A stretch of 64,000 nucleotides of DNA from Octopus sinensis (lineage: Eukaryota): assembly GCF_006345805.1 (NCBI RefSeq), contig NC_043022.1, positions 22,134,001-22,198,000 of the forward strand, given 5' to 3'. This document shows positions 12,618 through 24,947 of this stretch, piece after piece; position 1 is the stretch's first letter, and every line of letters begins with the position of its first letter. Under the pieces are notes generated by a model. It was not told the DNA's origin and did not search any database. It saw nothing but the letters and a program-made list of their open reading frames with translations. Both the position numbers and the translations under genes were made by a program.

Positions 12618-13249
12618 TTTCACTGTTTTTAAAAGTATTGATTATAATAGACTAGATAAACTGCGAATATATCCCAGAAAAGCAGTCGAGTTTCGATGAT
12701 TATCCATTATTTGTTTTCGTTTTTTTTTTTATGACTGAGAATTAGTGAATTAGGTAAGACAAACTGAAATATTATGTAAGACAGCAGAAATATTATGCCT
12801 GATTCATGAATCATCTTCGAAACTTTGCAATAAGAAACGGTGAAGAAATAATTCTAAAAATTTATGAATTACACACGATAAAGGGAAACAATTACGAAAA
12901 AATGACCCATTTAATATTTCGTGATTCAACACTTGATAATTACGAAAATAGTCGAGTTACGTCCCTTGCACGGTTGTATCCTATTTTAATGTTATTTCCA
13001 GATGGATTTAACCACACACATCTTACTAATTTGGAATTTTAGAATAAATTCGACCGTATTGGGTTAATTGATGCTGTGGTGTAGTCTTAGCTTCACATAA
13101 ACTTCTAAAAAGACAGGGTTTCATCTGAACTGCATTCAGAAGATAAAAGTCTTTTTAAAAATTTTTTTTCAAAATATTTTACAATGATTGAGAAATTATT
13201 TTAAATTGTATGTTCTCGTTCTCTGACTAAATATATCAGTAATTAAATA

Positions 13250-13660
13250 AATCTGAACCTACGCAGGCGTATGCGTTACGAATATGTTGCGAACTCTAGA
13301 GATCGATCACTGCATCATAAAACCTTTGTTTTCGTACTTAATATATTTTCCGGTACAGTCAACGTGGTGCAGCACATTAATTGCAAAACTGCACCAACAG
13401 GAAAAGTTGAGTGTAAATGAAACTGCACCACACACACACACACACGCCCGTCACTACTGATTTATGTGAGTCAGGATGATGGCATTGGAAGGGGTGGGAG
13501 TGATAGCGTAGGTGGCAGGTGGTTAGCCTTTTATTGCCTCTCCATCTGAATGAAGAAATTTCTGTTCGTTTTTGCTTGCATGCGTGCTGTCCGCACGTGC
13601 GTATGCGCATACGCACAACTGCACGTATCTTAACAAGAGAGATCTATTTATAGACGTTTA
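13250..13660. promoter_or_regulatory. CpG-retaining non-repeat segment, candidate promoter or enhancer
   Basis: Many CpGs, TGAGTCA (AP-1 consensus), palindrome TGCGTATGCGCATACGCA. Confidence 0.3.
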
Positions 13661-13746
13661 TAATCAAATAGTAATTGCTCTGAAAATTAGTTGATCCCAA
13701 ACTCACTACAAATGGTATGTCCTCTATTGTTATTGAAAGGGCTCTG

Positions 13747-14663
13747 GGATCTTTTCGGTTTGAACGGCAGTTTTTTCTAGCGGTGTCATATGAAATTGTC
13801 ACCCATAACTATGACCCTAGTATCGATTTATTGCATTTCAATCTGATTTAGGGTTAGGGGTGGGGGGAAAGGTATCTTTTTTTCTTCACAAATGTAAATA
13901 AACCCAATCTGTTTCTTAAACGTAGGACATATTCATACGGCACAGAATGTTTTCACCTCAATGGGCGTCATTGATTGGTTGAAATTGCAGAAATTGAAAA
14001 AAAAAAACAACAAATATCTTACAAACCATAGAATTTTCTCAATAAAGCCAAGAGAAAAAGATGTTTTATAAACACATTCTACCAGTATACGACGTTTAAA
14101 AGTGTTTAGTTACATACTCTTTTACTTCTTTCAGTCATTTTGACTGCAGCAAATCGACCCCAGGACTTATTCTTTGTAAGCCCAGTACTTATTCTATCGG
14201 TCTCTTTTGCCGAACCGCTAAGTGACGGGGACGTAAACACACCAGCATCGGTTGTCAAGCAATGCTAGGGGGACAAACACAGACACACAAACACATACAC
14301 ACACATACATATATATATATATATACATATATACGACAGGCTTCTTTCAGTTTCCATCTACCAAATCCACTCACAAGGCATTGGTCGGCCCGAAGCTATA
14401 GCAGAAAACACTTGCCCAAGATGCCACGCAGTGGGACTGAACCCGGAACCATGTGGTTGGTTAGCAAGCTACTTACCACACAGCCACTCCTGCGCCTATA
14501 AAAGAATGCTTACAGCACCTAGGTTTCCCAAGCGGTCACCCATCTAAGTACTAACTAGGCTCGATTTTGCTTAACTTCAGACGAAAACCAGTGCTTTCAA
14601 TGTGATATGGCCGTAAGCCATGGAAATTATTTTTAAAAACTGCCGTTCAAACCGAAAAGATCC
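13747..14663 (+). mobile_element. Same TIR element with 8-bp TSD GGGCTCTG, interrupted by a SINE + 5S insertion (14114-14618)
   Basis: TIRs at 13747 and 14663. GGGCTCTG at 13739-13746 and 14664-14671. Confidence 0.9.
14508..14618 (-). pseudogene. 5S rRNA pseudogene with ~7-8 nt internal deletion
   Basis: Minus strand GCTTACGGCCATATCACATTGAAAGCACTGG...GAAGTTAAGCAA...TAGTACTTAGATGGGTGACCGCTTGGGAA...GGTGCTGTAAGC followed by ATTCTTTT. The CGATCAC segment is missing. Confidence 0.9.
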
Positions 14664-15489
14664 GGGCTCTGTCCTAAAGGCATTACAATAAATACATCTC
14701 CCACACACTCTGTGCATGTGTGTGTATACACACATACACGCCACAGAGAAAAATTACAAAAAAAGAAGAAAATGACATGACAGTCTTTTATTAATGGGAT
14801 CACCTCAAAAATATGAAACTCTATTGTCTCCAACAACCCTTATCCCTTTCTATTATAGGCACAAGGCTCGAAATTTGGGGGAGGAGGATAGTTGATTACA
14901 TCGACCCCAGTACTCAACTGGTTCTTATTTCATCGACCCTGAAAGGATGAAAGGCAAATTTGAACTCAGAACGTGAAGACAGACGAAATACCTATTTATT
15001 TACTACCCACAAGGGGCTACACACAGAGGGGACAAACAAGGACAGACAAACGGATTAAGTCGATTACATCGACCCCAGTGCATAACTGGTACTTATTTCA
15101 TCGACTCTGAAAGGATGAAAGGCAAAGTTGACCTCGGCGGAATTTGAACTCAGAACGTAGCGGCATACGAAATACTGCTAAGCATTTCGTCCAGTGTGCT
15201 ACCGATTCTGCCAGCTTGCCGCCTTTCCAACAACCCGTATCATTAATCAGATTCTCTCCGATGGAGTCATACCTAAAGATTGGTGTAGCATGGTTATTTC
15301 AACTGCTACAAAAGCAAAGGTGATGCCTTAGACAGAAATAATTTCAGAGGCATCAAATTGCTGGACCAGGTGATTAAAGTTACCAAAAAAGTCACAGCTC
15401 AATTAATTAGGAAGGGAGTTAGTCTCAATGAGATGCAGTGCAAGGAAGAAGCATTGGTGGTTTTGTGCAAGGAAGAAGCACCACCAATG

Positions 15490-15712
15490 CTATCTTCTTA
15501 ATGAGGTAACTGCAGGAGAAATACTTGGCCAAAAATGAACCTCTGTATTTGACTTTTGACATGGAGAAAGCCTTTGACAGGGTTCCCTGATCCCTTATCT
15601 GGTGGACAATACGGATGCTAGGTACAGATGAGTGGTTAGTGAGAGCTGTACAAGCGAGGTACAGAGATGCTATAAGTAAGGTGAGAGTCACTAATGAGTA
15701 TAGCAAGGAGTG
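15490..15712 (+). mobile_element. RTE LINE RT fragment
   Basis: QEKYLAKNEPLYLTFDMEKAFDRVP..IWWTIRMLGTDEWLVRAVQARYRDAISKVRV. Confidence 0.8.
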
Positions 15713-15859
15713 GTTGGCATTAGGAAGGGCATCCATCTGTAGAAACTTTGCCAGATCTGATTGGAGCCTGGTGCAGCCATCTAGCTCGCCAGCCCTCAGT
15801 CAAACTATCTAACCCAAAACAGTATGGAAAGTGGACGTTAAAGGATGATCATGATACAG

Positions 15860-15933
15860 ACACACACATATACATAAACATATACATACACACACATATG
15901 CATAATTATACACATGCACATATGCATAAGCAT

Positions 15934-15966
<33 letters not shown>

Positions 15967-16098
15967 CATACACACATATACATACACATGCATATATACA
16001 TACACACATATACACACATGCATATATATACACACACACACGCATATATACATACACACATATACATACATATACATACACACACATATACATACACA

Positions 16099-16140
<42 letters not shown>
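15860..16140. repeat. Compound (AC)n/(AT)n microsatellite; similar tracts at 22370-22890, 38340-38680 and 38770-39000
   Basis: Alternating purine-pyrimidine runs, source of the HTHT/VCVC pseudo-ORFs. Confidence 0.95.
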
Positions 16141-16142
<2 letters not shown>

Positions 16143-17120
16143 CTTAGTTTGATTTGAAAACCCCATTAGAATGGGAGAAAGCGCTAATGATCTAAGTGAT
16201 ATACAAATAAATATCTGTAAATATAAACCATCCGATTTTCTGAGTACCTCATTTCTTCTAATATATATATATATATACATACATACACAAACCTACATAC
16301 ATACAGTCAGTAATTCCCAGTGCTGTGAATAACAACATGGGGGATGACTACATGTTCTATATATAGAATGTTTTAATGCAAAATATCCACTGACTTCCCA
16401 GGTAACATACAAGTCAATGTAACTGATTCTTCACCATAAAACTCTGCCTTTTGGCAAGATCTTTATAAATGCAATCCTTTCTTAGTGCAAGTTAGAGATG
16501 TGTATGTATGTGCGTATATATGTGCTTGGAGGTGGTGCATGTAGCATAGTGGGTGGTTTCCAGGGCTCAAGCTCATAAGGATGTGGTCTCAGTTCCCAGA
16601 TCAGGCAATATACATATGTCTATGAGTAAGGCACATCATTTTTATGCTGTTCCAGTTTACTTGGCTGTAAACGATGACCAGCCGGGCATTAGCACAGCCT
16701 TCTCAACGTCCAGCTGTCACATCCTCGATATTTTAATGGATCGAGTGACACTGCTGAGAGAGTTATATGTCTGCTCATGACTACATAGATATCTACAGTA
16801 ATTAGCAAAACTATGGTACAAACTCCAAGGTCATACTCACTAACATGTATACACATACACAAATATATATATATATATACACATACATATATACATATAC
16901 ACACACACACATGTGTATGGGTGTACATATATATGCAGCTGTATACAGTATGTACATGTGTGTGTGGATAATATATATATATATATATACTTTTTTTAAT
17001 CCGAGGGGAGGCAATGTGAGCAGCAACTAAAGGAACATTACAAAATCCACAGAAAGATCAAACACATACATATATTCATATATATCTTCAGAACAGATAT
17101 ATATATAGGGATGGTATTAT

Positions 17121-17166
<46 letters not shown>

Positions 17167-18237
17167 TAGGGATGGTATTATTAAAATACCATCGCAAGTG
17201 GTAACCGAATTATCAGCTGTACAGGCAAATTAATAAAATATATACATACAATATTAGATATGTAAAAAGCACCCACTACACTCACGGAGTGGTTGGCGTT
17301 AGGAAGGGCATCCAGCTGTAGAAACATTGCCAGATTAGACTGGAGCCTGGTGCAGCCTTCTGGCTTCCCAGAACCCCGGTCGAACCGTCCAACCCATGCT
17401 AGCATGGAGAACGGACGTTAAACGACGACGACTTATCAATTTCTACAACTCACACCATCTGAAAATGACATTTTTCACAAAAATCATTATCACCCTCATT
17501 TAATGTCCGTTTTCCATGCTAGCATAGGCTGGACAGTTTGACAGGAGCTGGCCAGCTGAGGAGTTGCCCCCAGTTTCCATGTCTCTTTTGGCATGGTATC
17601 TATGGCTGGACGCCCTTCCTAATCCCAACCATTTTACAGAGTGTACGGGGTGCTTTTATGCAGCACTGGCACAGGTGCTCCGCCTTTGCCACAGGTTGGC
17701 CTGGTATAGCAATCTTCCAGGATTCAGCCCATCTCCCACCTGGGAGATAAAAATAAACTAGCACAGGTGTATTTATATGGCACTAGTACAGGTGCTTTTA
17801 ACATGACACCAGCACCCACAGCCCACAAGATTAGGAATGCTCAGCTGGAGAGGAACGCAGAGGATATGCCTGTATGCAAGGACAACCACAATTTTACTTT
17901 GCTTGGCGTTCTTCTCAAGCACAACTAACCACCTGGAATCCCAGACCCCTGTCTTCACCTCTGTGAGTCCCAACGTCTGTAAATCCTTTCACACCTATTT
18001 CTTTACTACCCACAAGGGGCTAAGCACAGAGAAGACAAACAAGGACAGAAAAACGAATTAAGTCGATTATATCGACCCCAGTGCGTAACTAGTACTTATT
18101 TAATCGACCCCGAAAGGATGAAAGGCAAAGTCGACCTCGGCGGAATTTGAACTCAGAATGTAACCGCAGACGAAATGCCGCAAAGCATTTCGCCCGGTGT
18201 GCTAACGTATCTACCAGCTCGCCACCATTTCATCCCA

Positions 18238-18470
18238 TTTCTACCTGGGCCTACCCCTTCCACCTGTACCCTCCACAATGAGAGAGCAACACCTCTTGAT
18301 GCAACTGTCTTCTTTCATACACATTACATGACCATACCAGCACAGTCTTCTCTCTTGCGCAGTACATTTGATGCCCTGTACACCCAGTTTTTCTCTCGAA
18401 TCACTTACACTCTTCATATGTGTCAATCACTTGTTACATATGCACACTGACATTACCCATCCAGTGGAGC
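18238..18470 (-). mobile_element. RTE LINE 3' fragment
   Basis: LREKLGVQGIKCTAQERRLCWYGHVMCMKEDSCIKRCCSLIVEGTGGRGRPR. Confidence 0.8.
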
Positions 18471-18476
18471 ATATTG

Positions 18477-18710
18477 GCGGCGAGCTGGCAGAATCGTTAG
18501 CACGCCGGGCGAAATGCTTTGCGGTATTTCTTCTGCCGTTACATTCTGAGTTCAAATTCCGCCGAGGTCGACTGTGCCTTTCATCCTTCCGGGGTCGATT
18601 AAATAAGTACCAGTTACACACTGGGGTCAATATAATCGACTTAATCCGTTTGTCTGTCCTTGTTTGTCCCCTCTGTGTTTAGCCCCTTGTGGCTAGTAAA
18701 GAAATAGGTT
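18477..18710 (+). mobile_element. SINE family B (GGCGGCGAGCTGGCAGAA head, GTCGAC..GCCTTTCATCCTTTCGGGGTCGA central domain); representative copy
   Basis: Other copies at 17995-18224(-), 31240-31425(-), 55999-56232(+), 56448-56665(-), 14880-15223(-), plus the arrays listed separately. Confidence 0.88.
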
Positions 18711-19869
18711 TCATTTCTTTCAAGCCTGCACATACCCTCAGTATTCACAGCCCATGTCTCACTGCATGTAGCATAGCTGTTCATACACAGGCATCATACA
18801 ATCTGCCTTTCAATTTGAGGGAGACACCCTTTGTTACTAACAGAGGTTAAACGTTAAATAATAAATGAAAAGTGCATTAGGATATGACAACAATGTTAAC
18901 ATGAAGAAAATAGAACATAATTTAATGAAATCTCAAATATATGACAGAAATGTATAAATGACCTTAACCCAGATATATAATATGTAGTTCCTTTCTTCTT
19001 TTATATGGTACAAAATCATAAATAAGGACAGTACACACTTGTAATAAAACAGTGTGTGGTAATTACTATTATTATTATAAAGTCACACCTAATACTTTCT
19101 TACAAGCAGTCATGTATAACAGGCAGTAATCGGCTGTCCTTTCACTTGATTCATGATTAGTCAGTTAGGCATGGTTGGCTACGAGACATACAGGTATGGT
19201 TTTGTAATATCTATTAACAGATACATTACCACTCGTCCCTCTCTCTCTGCACACACACACACACACACACACACAGAAATCCTGTCCTTTACCTGTTGTT
19301 TCTAAGACAGTAATTTAAATACAAATATATCAGTGTATTATCACACTTTGTTCAACATTCTACCACTATATTATTGACAGACATAATTAAGACAAATGTT
19401 GAAACAAAAGAAATACTTCATGATAAATTCTGTAGAATCTATCATGAGGCTTGCAACAGAATTTATCTTCAGTAGGCTTTGGCCTTGGTCATTCCTCAAA
19501 AATAAATCTATATGTACATATAGATAAAAACTGTAAAACAGTAGAATCCAGGGAAACTGGTGATGGTCTGCTTTGGCAAATAGTAAGCACAAGAAGTTTA
19601 CAGAGTGGAATTAATGTATATTCCATGAAAAAGGAAGTGTCTGACATCTTTGTTAGAACACTTCGTCAGAAAGTGAGTAATTATTGTAAACAGTTCATCT
19701 CTGACAGAGGGTTGGACTTAAAATGTTAGACTTCTCTTCTTTGTCACAACAATAAACATTTATTCCACTCTGTGAACTTTTCCTAGATGTGTCAAGCAAT
19801 TCTACAGAGGTTACTAACCTGCCTGCAGTTCCAATAGGAAATCAAAGTAGGAGATCAGTCCAAAATATA

Positions 19870-19900
19870 AAGAAATTCTTACCTGCAAAGAGAAAGAAAT
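19870..19900 (-). promoter_or_regulatory. Candidate recursive splice site (AG|GT ratchet point)
   Basis: Minus strand atttctttctctttgcag|gtaaga on the host gene strand, inside an apparently tens-of-kb intron. Confidence 0.45.
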
Positions 19901-20187
19901 ATACATTTAAGATTGCAAGCAAGCTAAATATGAAATGATATTTAGTCAAAGAAAAAATCTAATACATGATTGCTAGACCTGCAAGAAACAGCAGATAAAT
20001 TTCCCTCAAACTAAATAATAAATCTTAAATAATACATTCCAAGATATGTCAAAAAACAAAATGAGATGTCCACAGGTGTTTCAGAATTGACCTTGGGCTA
20101 AACAACAATTAAGCAAACAAAATACAGCTTCTATTATATAATAATTATAATATATATGCAACATGTGTTTGTGTGTGTGTGTGTGTG

Positions 20188-20232
<45 letters not shown>

Positions 20233-20329
20233 TATATATATAGTTAATCCAAACATGAAAGCACAAAAAACACAACAACGCGAGGACGTGGAACAATATA
20301 GTATTATTGGACGCTCAGGAAAGAAGGAG

Positions 20330-20365
20330 GGTTTAACGTTTCGAGCGGAGCTCTTCGTCGGAAAT
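20330..20365 (-). ncRNA. Hammerhead-like motif in short Penelope-derived element 20242-20441
   Basis: Minus strand TTT-CCGACGA-A-GAGC(TCC)GCTC-GAAACGTT-AAA. Flanks are homologous to 21218-21420 and 28860-29115. Confidence 0.55.
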
Positions 20366-20696
20366 ATAGGAGAAGGAAAGATCCAGAGAAGGGAAGACAG
20401 AGAGAAAAAAATCGCCAACGATACACATGCGGTCACATTTTCTCCTACTTTGATTTTCTATTGGAACTGCAGGCAGGTTAGTAACCTCTGTAGAATTGCT
20501 TGACACATCTACAAAAAGTTCACAGAGTGGAATAAATGTTTATTGTTGTGACAAAGAAGGGAAGTCTAACATTTTGAATATATATATATATTTTATATAT
20601 AGAGATATATACATATATGTATATACATATATGTATATATATATATAACCCGTGCTAACACAGAAAACGGATGTATGATGATGATGATGATGATGA

Positions 20697-21170
20697 TATA
20701 TGGAGAAAAAAGTCAAGGTAGAAAATGCTAAAATAATTTTATAAACAACATTTCAGTACCGGTTTCAGTCATTGAGATTTTTTCAACTGTAAGTATGGAA
20801 AACAATTAAATTTTGGAAAAGTTAAAAGAAAAGTTTTTTTAAAGGAATATAGTGTTCAAATACAAGAGGCATTTTCCTTGTTTCTGCCTGTCTCTGTCTC
20901 TCTTGTTTACTCTTGTGGGTTCAAGATTGTTGTGACAATGGCCTCAAACCCACAACAATAAACAAGAGAGACAGAGACAGGTAGAAACAAAGAAAATGTC
21001 ACTTGTATTTGAATACAATGCAAATATTCTTTTAAAAAACTTTTCTTTTAATTTTTCCAAAATTTAATTGTTTTCCATACTTACAGCTGAAAAAGTCTCA
21101 ATGACCGGTACTGAAATGTTGTTTATAAAATTATTTTAGCATTTTCTACCTTGACTTTTTTTTCCATATA
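20697..21170. mobile_element. ~230-bp-arm fold-back element, probably Penelope-derived
   Basis: tatggagaaaaaagtcaagg... pairs with ...ccttgacttttttttccata. A hammerhead-like motif lies in each arm, and the right-arm copy lacks the GAAA core. Confidence 0.75.
20754..20790 (-). ncRNA. Hammerhead-like motif (U3-A8 variant) in left arm of fold-back 20697-21170
   Basis: Minus strand CAG-TTGAAAA-AATC(TCAAT)GACT-GAA-ACCGGT-A-CTG. The opposite arm gives AGTC for stem II. Confidence 0.55.
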
Positions 21171-21290
21171 TATCAACTCATGTGTTCCTTTTCAACCTTC
21201 TACATATACATACATTCATACATATATAGTCGCCATGATAGATCGTTAGCCATTACACACATTTTTTTTCTCTCCTTGTTTTTTCTGTGT

Positions 21291-21330
21291 CCCTTTCTGT
21301 AGAAGAGCATAGGCTCGAAACGTAAAAGAC
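21291..21330 (+). ncRNA. Hammerhead-like motif in short Penelope-derived element 21218-21420
   Basis: CTTT-CTGTAGA-A-GAGC(ATAG)GCTC-GAAACGTA-AAAG, same family as the pLTR at 28860-29115. Confidence 0.55.
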
Positions 21331-22930
21331 TTTTTCTATTCCTGAGCGTTATACTAATACATCTGCTTGTTTTGTACACCACCTGTCTTCGTCTTTTGTT
21401 TTTTCCGTAAACTCTCCCTATACATACATACACATATATATATATACATACATACATACATACATATATATATTACACACATACATACACACACACATAC
21501 AAACATCTATATTTCTCAATGACAACAAATATAGGCCATACAAGATTTGTATCTATCAAAAAGTACCATTTAAATCTGTTTCTAGTTCTTTAAAGTAACA
21601 AGCAGTTGCTGCTTGCTCTAGAAGCATCAGTCAGACAGCTTGCAGTGATGCAGATGGAAGGACTAACAAACAGAAACACATCTGCAAGAAACAGGGTAAA
21701 GTATTCTTAATACGTCAGCCAACGCATTGAAGGGTGTGTTGAGACCTTTTACAAACTAAACTAGCACTGACCTCTCCCTTGTGACACAGAAACTTAGTTA
21801 CTGGTTAAAGAGGAGTATATCATCACACCCACAGACAAGGACACCCTCCACCGACCCAACATACTCCCTTGCTTCTGTGCTTACTCACTCAGAAAAACAC
21901 TTACACTGACCCAGAATGTTTTCTACTTGACCTATCTCCCCCACCCCGTATAATCCCCATCACCACAATTACCAACCCTTCAATACTTTCACTGCCACTA
22001 CCAACCTCACATTCACCTCTACTACCACTATTACCACCACCAATACCATACAATCAACACAAACACTACCATCACCACCATCACCGTTGCCTTCATTACC
22101 ACAACGAGCCATCACATTAGCCTTGCTGTCTCACAAGTGATCCTCTACCAAGGTCCATGTAAGATCTTTTGGGGGCCCATGCAATAAAATAGTAAACTAG
22201 GAATCCATAATAATATTTTCAGGGCCCATGAAAAAATTTTGCTTTAGATGTATGTATTGGTATATACTTGCAAGGAACGACTAAGTTTCTTTCTCTAACA
22301 TTTTATAAAGTTCAACCTACACAAGTTAATATGTCATAAACAGAATAAGAATTTTGAAAAAAGTATCTATAAACTAGTTTTGTATGTGTGTATATATAAG
22401 TGGGTAAATGGATACACATATGGACAGGTAAATATACAGATAGATGGGTAAATAGGTAATATGGACAGATGGGTACAAACACATACATACATACAAACAA
22501 ATGAAGACTGAAACATGACCATATATACACACACACACACTTCACAGAAGGATTCATATGGAGACACACATCCATACATAACAGACACACAATCATAGCC
22601 ACACAAACCCATACATAGATAGTCAAACATGCACACACAAGGAGACAAGGGTACAAACACAAATACACACACACAAACACACAGATATGCAGAATACACA
22701 CATACAAATGCACACACATACACACACACACACACATATATATATATACACACACACATACATGCATACAAACATGCGGAGTACATACATACAAACACAC
22801 ACACATGCATACATATGTATATGCATACCATATATATGCATACACACACATACATATGTGTATGTGCATGTACACTGATGCACATGCATACAAAAAAAAG
22901 AACGCAATTCTGATAACAGCCAGAGTCAAT

Positions 22931-22970
22931 GACTCTTGAAAAGGTTGCAAGTCGCAATGAAAATTTTAGT
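22931..22970 (+). ncRNA. Hammerhead-like motif (U3-A8 variant) in short element ~22915-23065
   Basis: GACTC-TTGAAAA-G-GTTGC(AAGTC)GCAAT-GAAAATTT-TAGT, homologous to the arms of the 51634-52335 palindrome. Confidence 0.5.
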
Positions 22971-24396
22971 AAAAATAAATACGTAGATGAGTGGAAATCG
23001 GTGAGTGTGTTAAATTAATAAAGCACTAAAAGAGAACAACTGTCCCCAGACACACTAAAATAAAACTAATTGTTAATCAGCAAATGACTATAGGGGGCCA
23101 TCAGAATGAAATAGTAATTAAAGGAGGTCCATAGATAAAAAAAAAATGGTTGAGAACCCTTCTACACTACAGCCCAACCTGCTAGAAATACCTGGAAAAT
23201 CAGACCCTACCATCTTTGATAAGAACACGTTGGATAATGTCCTATATACATTATAAAGACAGAATGGTCAGGGTAGGAATGTCTGATCATAGGACAGCTT
23301 GATCAGGGTTGGCCTGTGGTTAATGAATAATGACCACCCCTACCATCTTCACAACCACTAACACCAACTCAGGAAGTTATGCAATCACTCAGTCTACTAA
23401 AAATAGCAGCCAAAGTCCCCTCGATTAAATAAAGAAGTTTACAATGGATAATATAAGCCCTAATATACAAAACGGTCAACATTGGCACGGGCTGGAGTAC
23501 CCTTTGGTCAAAGATCCACTCAATCAGGATCAACCTGGGGCTAGACAACAATATGAACACTATGATCACCACAACACCCACCACTACCATAATCCCTTCA
23601 GCACCATCTACTCCCTGCCTAGCAGGCGCCAAGCCAGTGTCTCTATATTAAATTATTCCAGCAGCTGCTAAGGAGGGGTACATTATTTTGCTGCAGTGGC
23701 CCAGAGTAGGGTGGTGTGGTAATGGTGTAGTAATGTGTGGTAATGGTGCAGTAGCAGAGAGATAGTGTGGTATGGTGAAGTGGGGGTATAATGGCAGTAT
23801 AGTAATTTGGGAGGACGGTGTAAGCAGAGTGTAGCTGCATGGTGTGATTTGAGAGAGATTTAGGTGCTACTTCAAGCAGGTCAAGCTACTGTATAGAGTA
23901 GACACAGGTAACCTTTTTCTATAAGCAGGCCACATGAGACATTGCTCACCATCAAGCAGGGCACATTACTAAAGAAATTCAAAGTAATTTTTCTTTAGTT
24001 GTGCCATTCACAGAGTCACAGTTTACCTATGACTAGTATACAAGCTTCCTCTTGTAAGAGAGAATTGTATAGTAGTGCAGAGACCACCTTCGGTCCCGAA
24101 TGACCATGGGATTGCACCTAGAAAGTTACCCTCTGAGGCACAACTCCAGGCAAGGTTATGAAAGACCAACAATCGCCCATGCATACCTCTCTCCATGCCA
24201 CTGATGTCATCCAAGGGAAAGGCAAAGGGGCCGATACAGCTTGGCACCTGTGACATCGCAACTCATTTCTACAGCTGAGTAAACTGGAGCAATGTGAAAT
24301 AGAGTGTCTTGCTCAAGAACACAACACGCAGCCCAGTCCAGAATTCGAAATCACAACCCCATGGTCGTAAGTTTGACGCTCTAACCACTGAGCCAT

Positions 24397-24947
24397 ATAA
24401 TAATAATAATAATAATAATTGTGTACAGTGCTCAGGTGCACTACAACTCATCTAAAGTGTATATATAATCAGGTGAAGTTTCGGCGGATTTCGGAAAGCA
24501 TGAGGGCCTTAAAAGATGCAGTGTCATGGCAGTCAACAACTGACGCAGGCAGTTTATTCCATGCTTCAGCAACTCTGAGCGTGAAAAAATGTTTCCGAAA
24601 GTCATGGGAGCTGTATTGTTTTCTGACTTTGTAGGCATGTCCACGTGTGTTAGACACATGGAGATCAAAAAGGTGTTCAGTGTTGTTGTTGGTGAGGTGG
24701 TTGATAACTTTGTGGGTGTTTACCAAGTCCGTCGCCAAACGCCGGAGCTTCAGTGAATCCATGCCCAGGGAAACAAGGCGCTCAGAATATGGTAGGTGTC
24801 TGATGGAGGGTATGCGTTTGGTTGCACGTCTCTGGACAGATTCCAGGAGGTCAATGTTCTGTGCAAGATAGGGGTTCCAAACTGATGATGCGAATTCCAA
24901 GTGTGGTCGTACCATAGCTGTATACAGTTTTAAATAGATGCGGCCTT
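24397..24947 (-). mobile_element. CR1/L2-group LINE 3' fragment
   Basis: VRPHLEFASSVWNPY..LLESVQRRATK..YSERL..NTRGHAYKV..RKHFFTLRVAEAWNKLP, with an (ATT)n tail at 24397-24419. Confidence 0.9.

Larger units (their letters stand above)
19720..20574. repeat. 135-bp inverted duplication (19720-19854 vs 20441-20574)
   Basis: The second copy is the reverse complement of the first with few differences, and abuts the hammerhead-bearing element end at 20441. Confidence 0.9.

Noticed and set aside
14508-14618. Functional 5S rRNA gene
   Set aside because: Internal deletion, substitutions, solitary and nested within a transposon.
15748-16280. Many overlapping His/Thr- or Val/Cys-rich ORFs (also 22312-22957, 38207-39106)
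   Set aside because: Translations of (AC)n/(AT)n microsatellites, which lack stops in several frames.
21600-21690. Strong acceptor (tttaccctgtttcttgcag) on the gene strand
   Set aside because: No convincing donor, and the downstream frame closes quickly with no myosin similarity.
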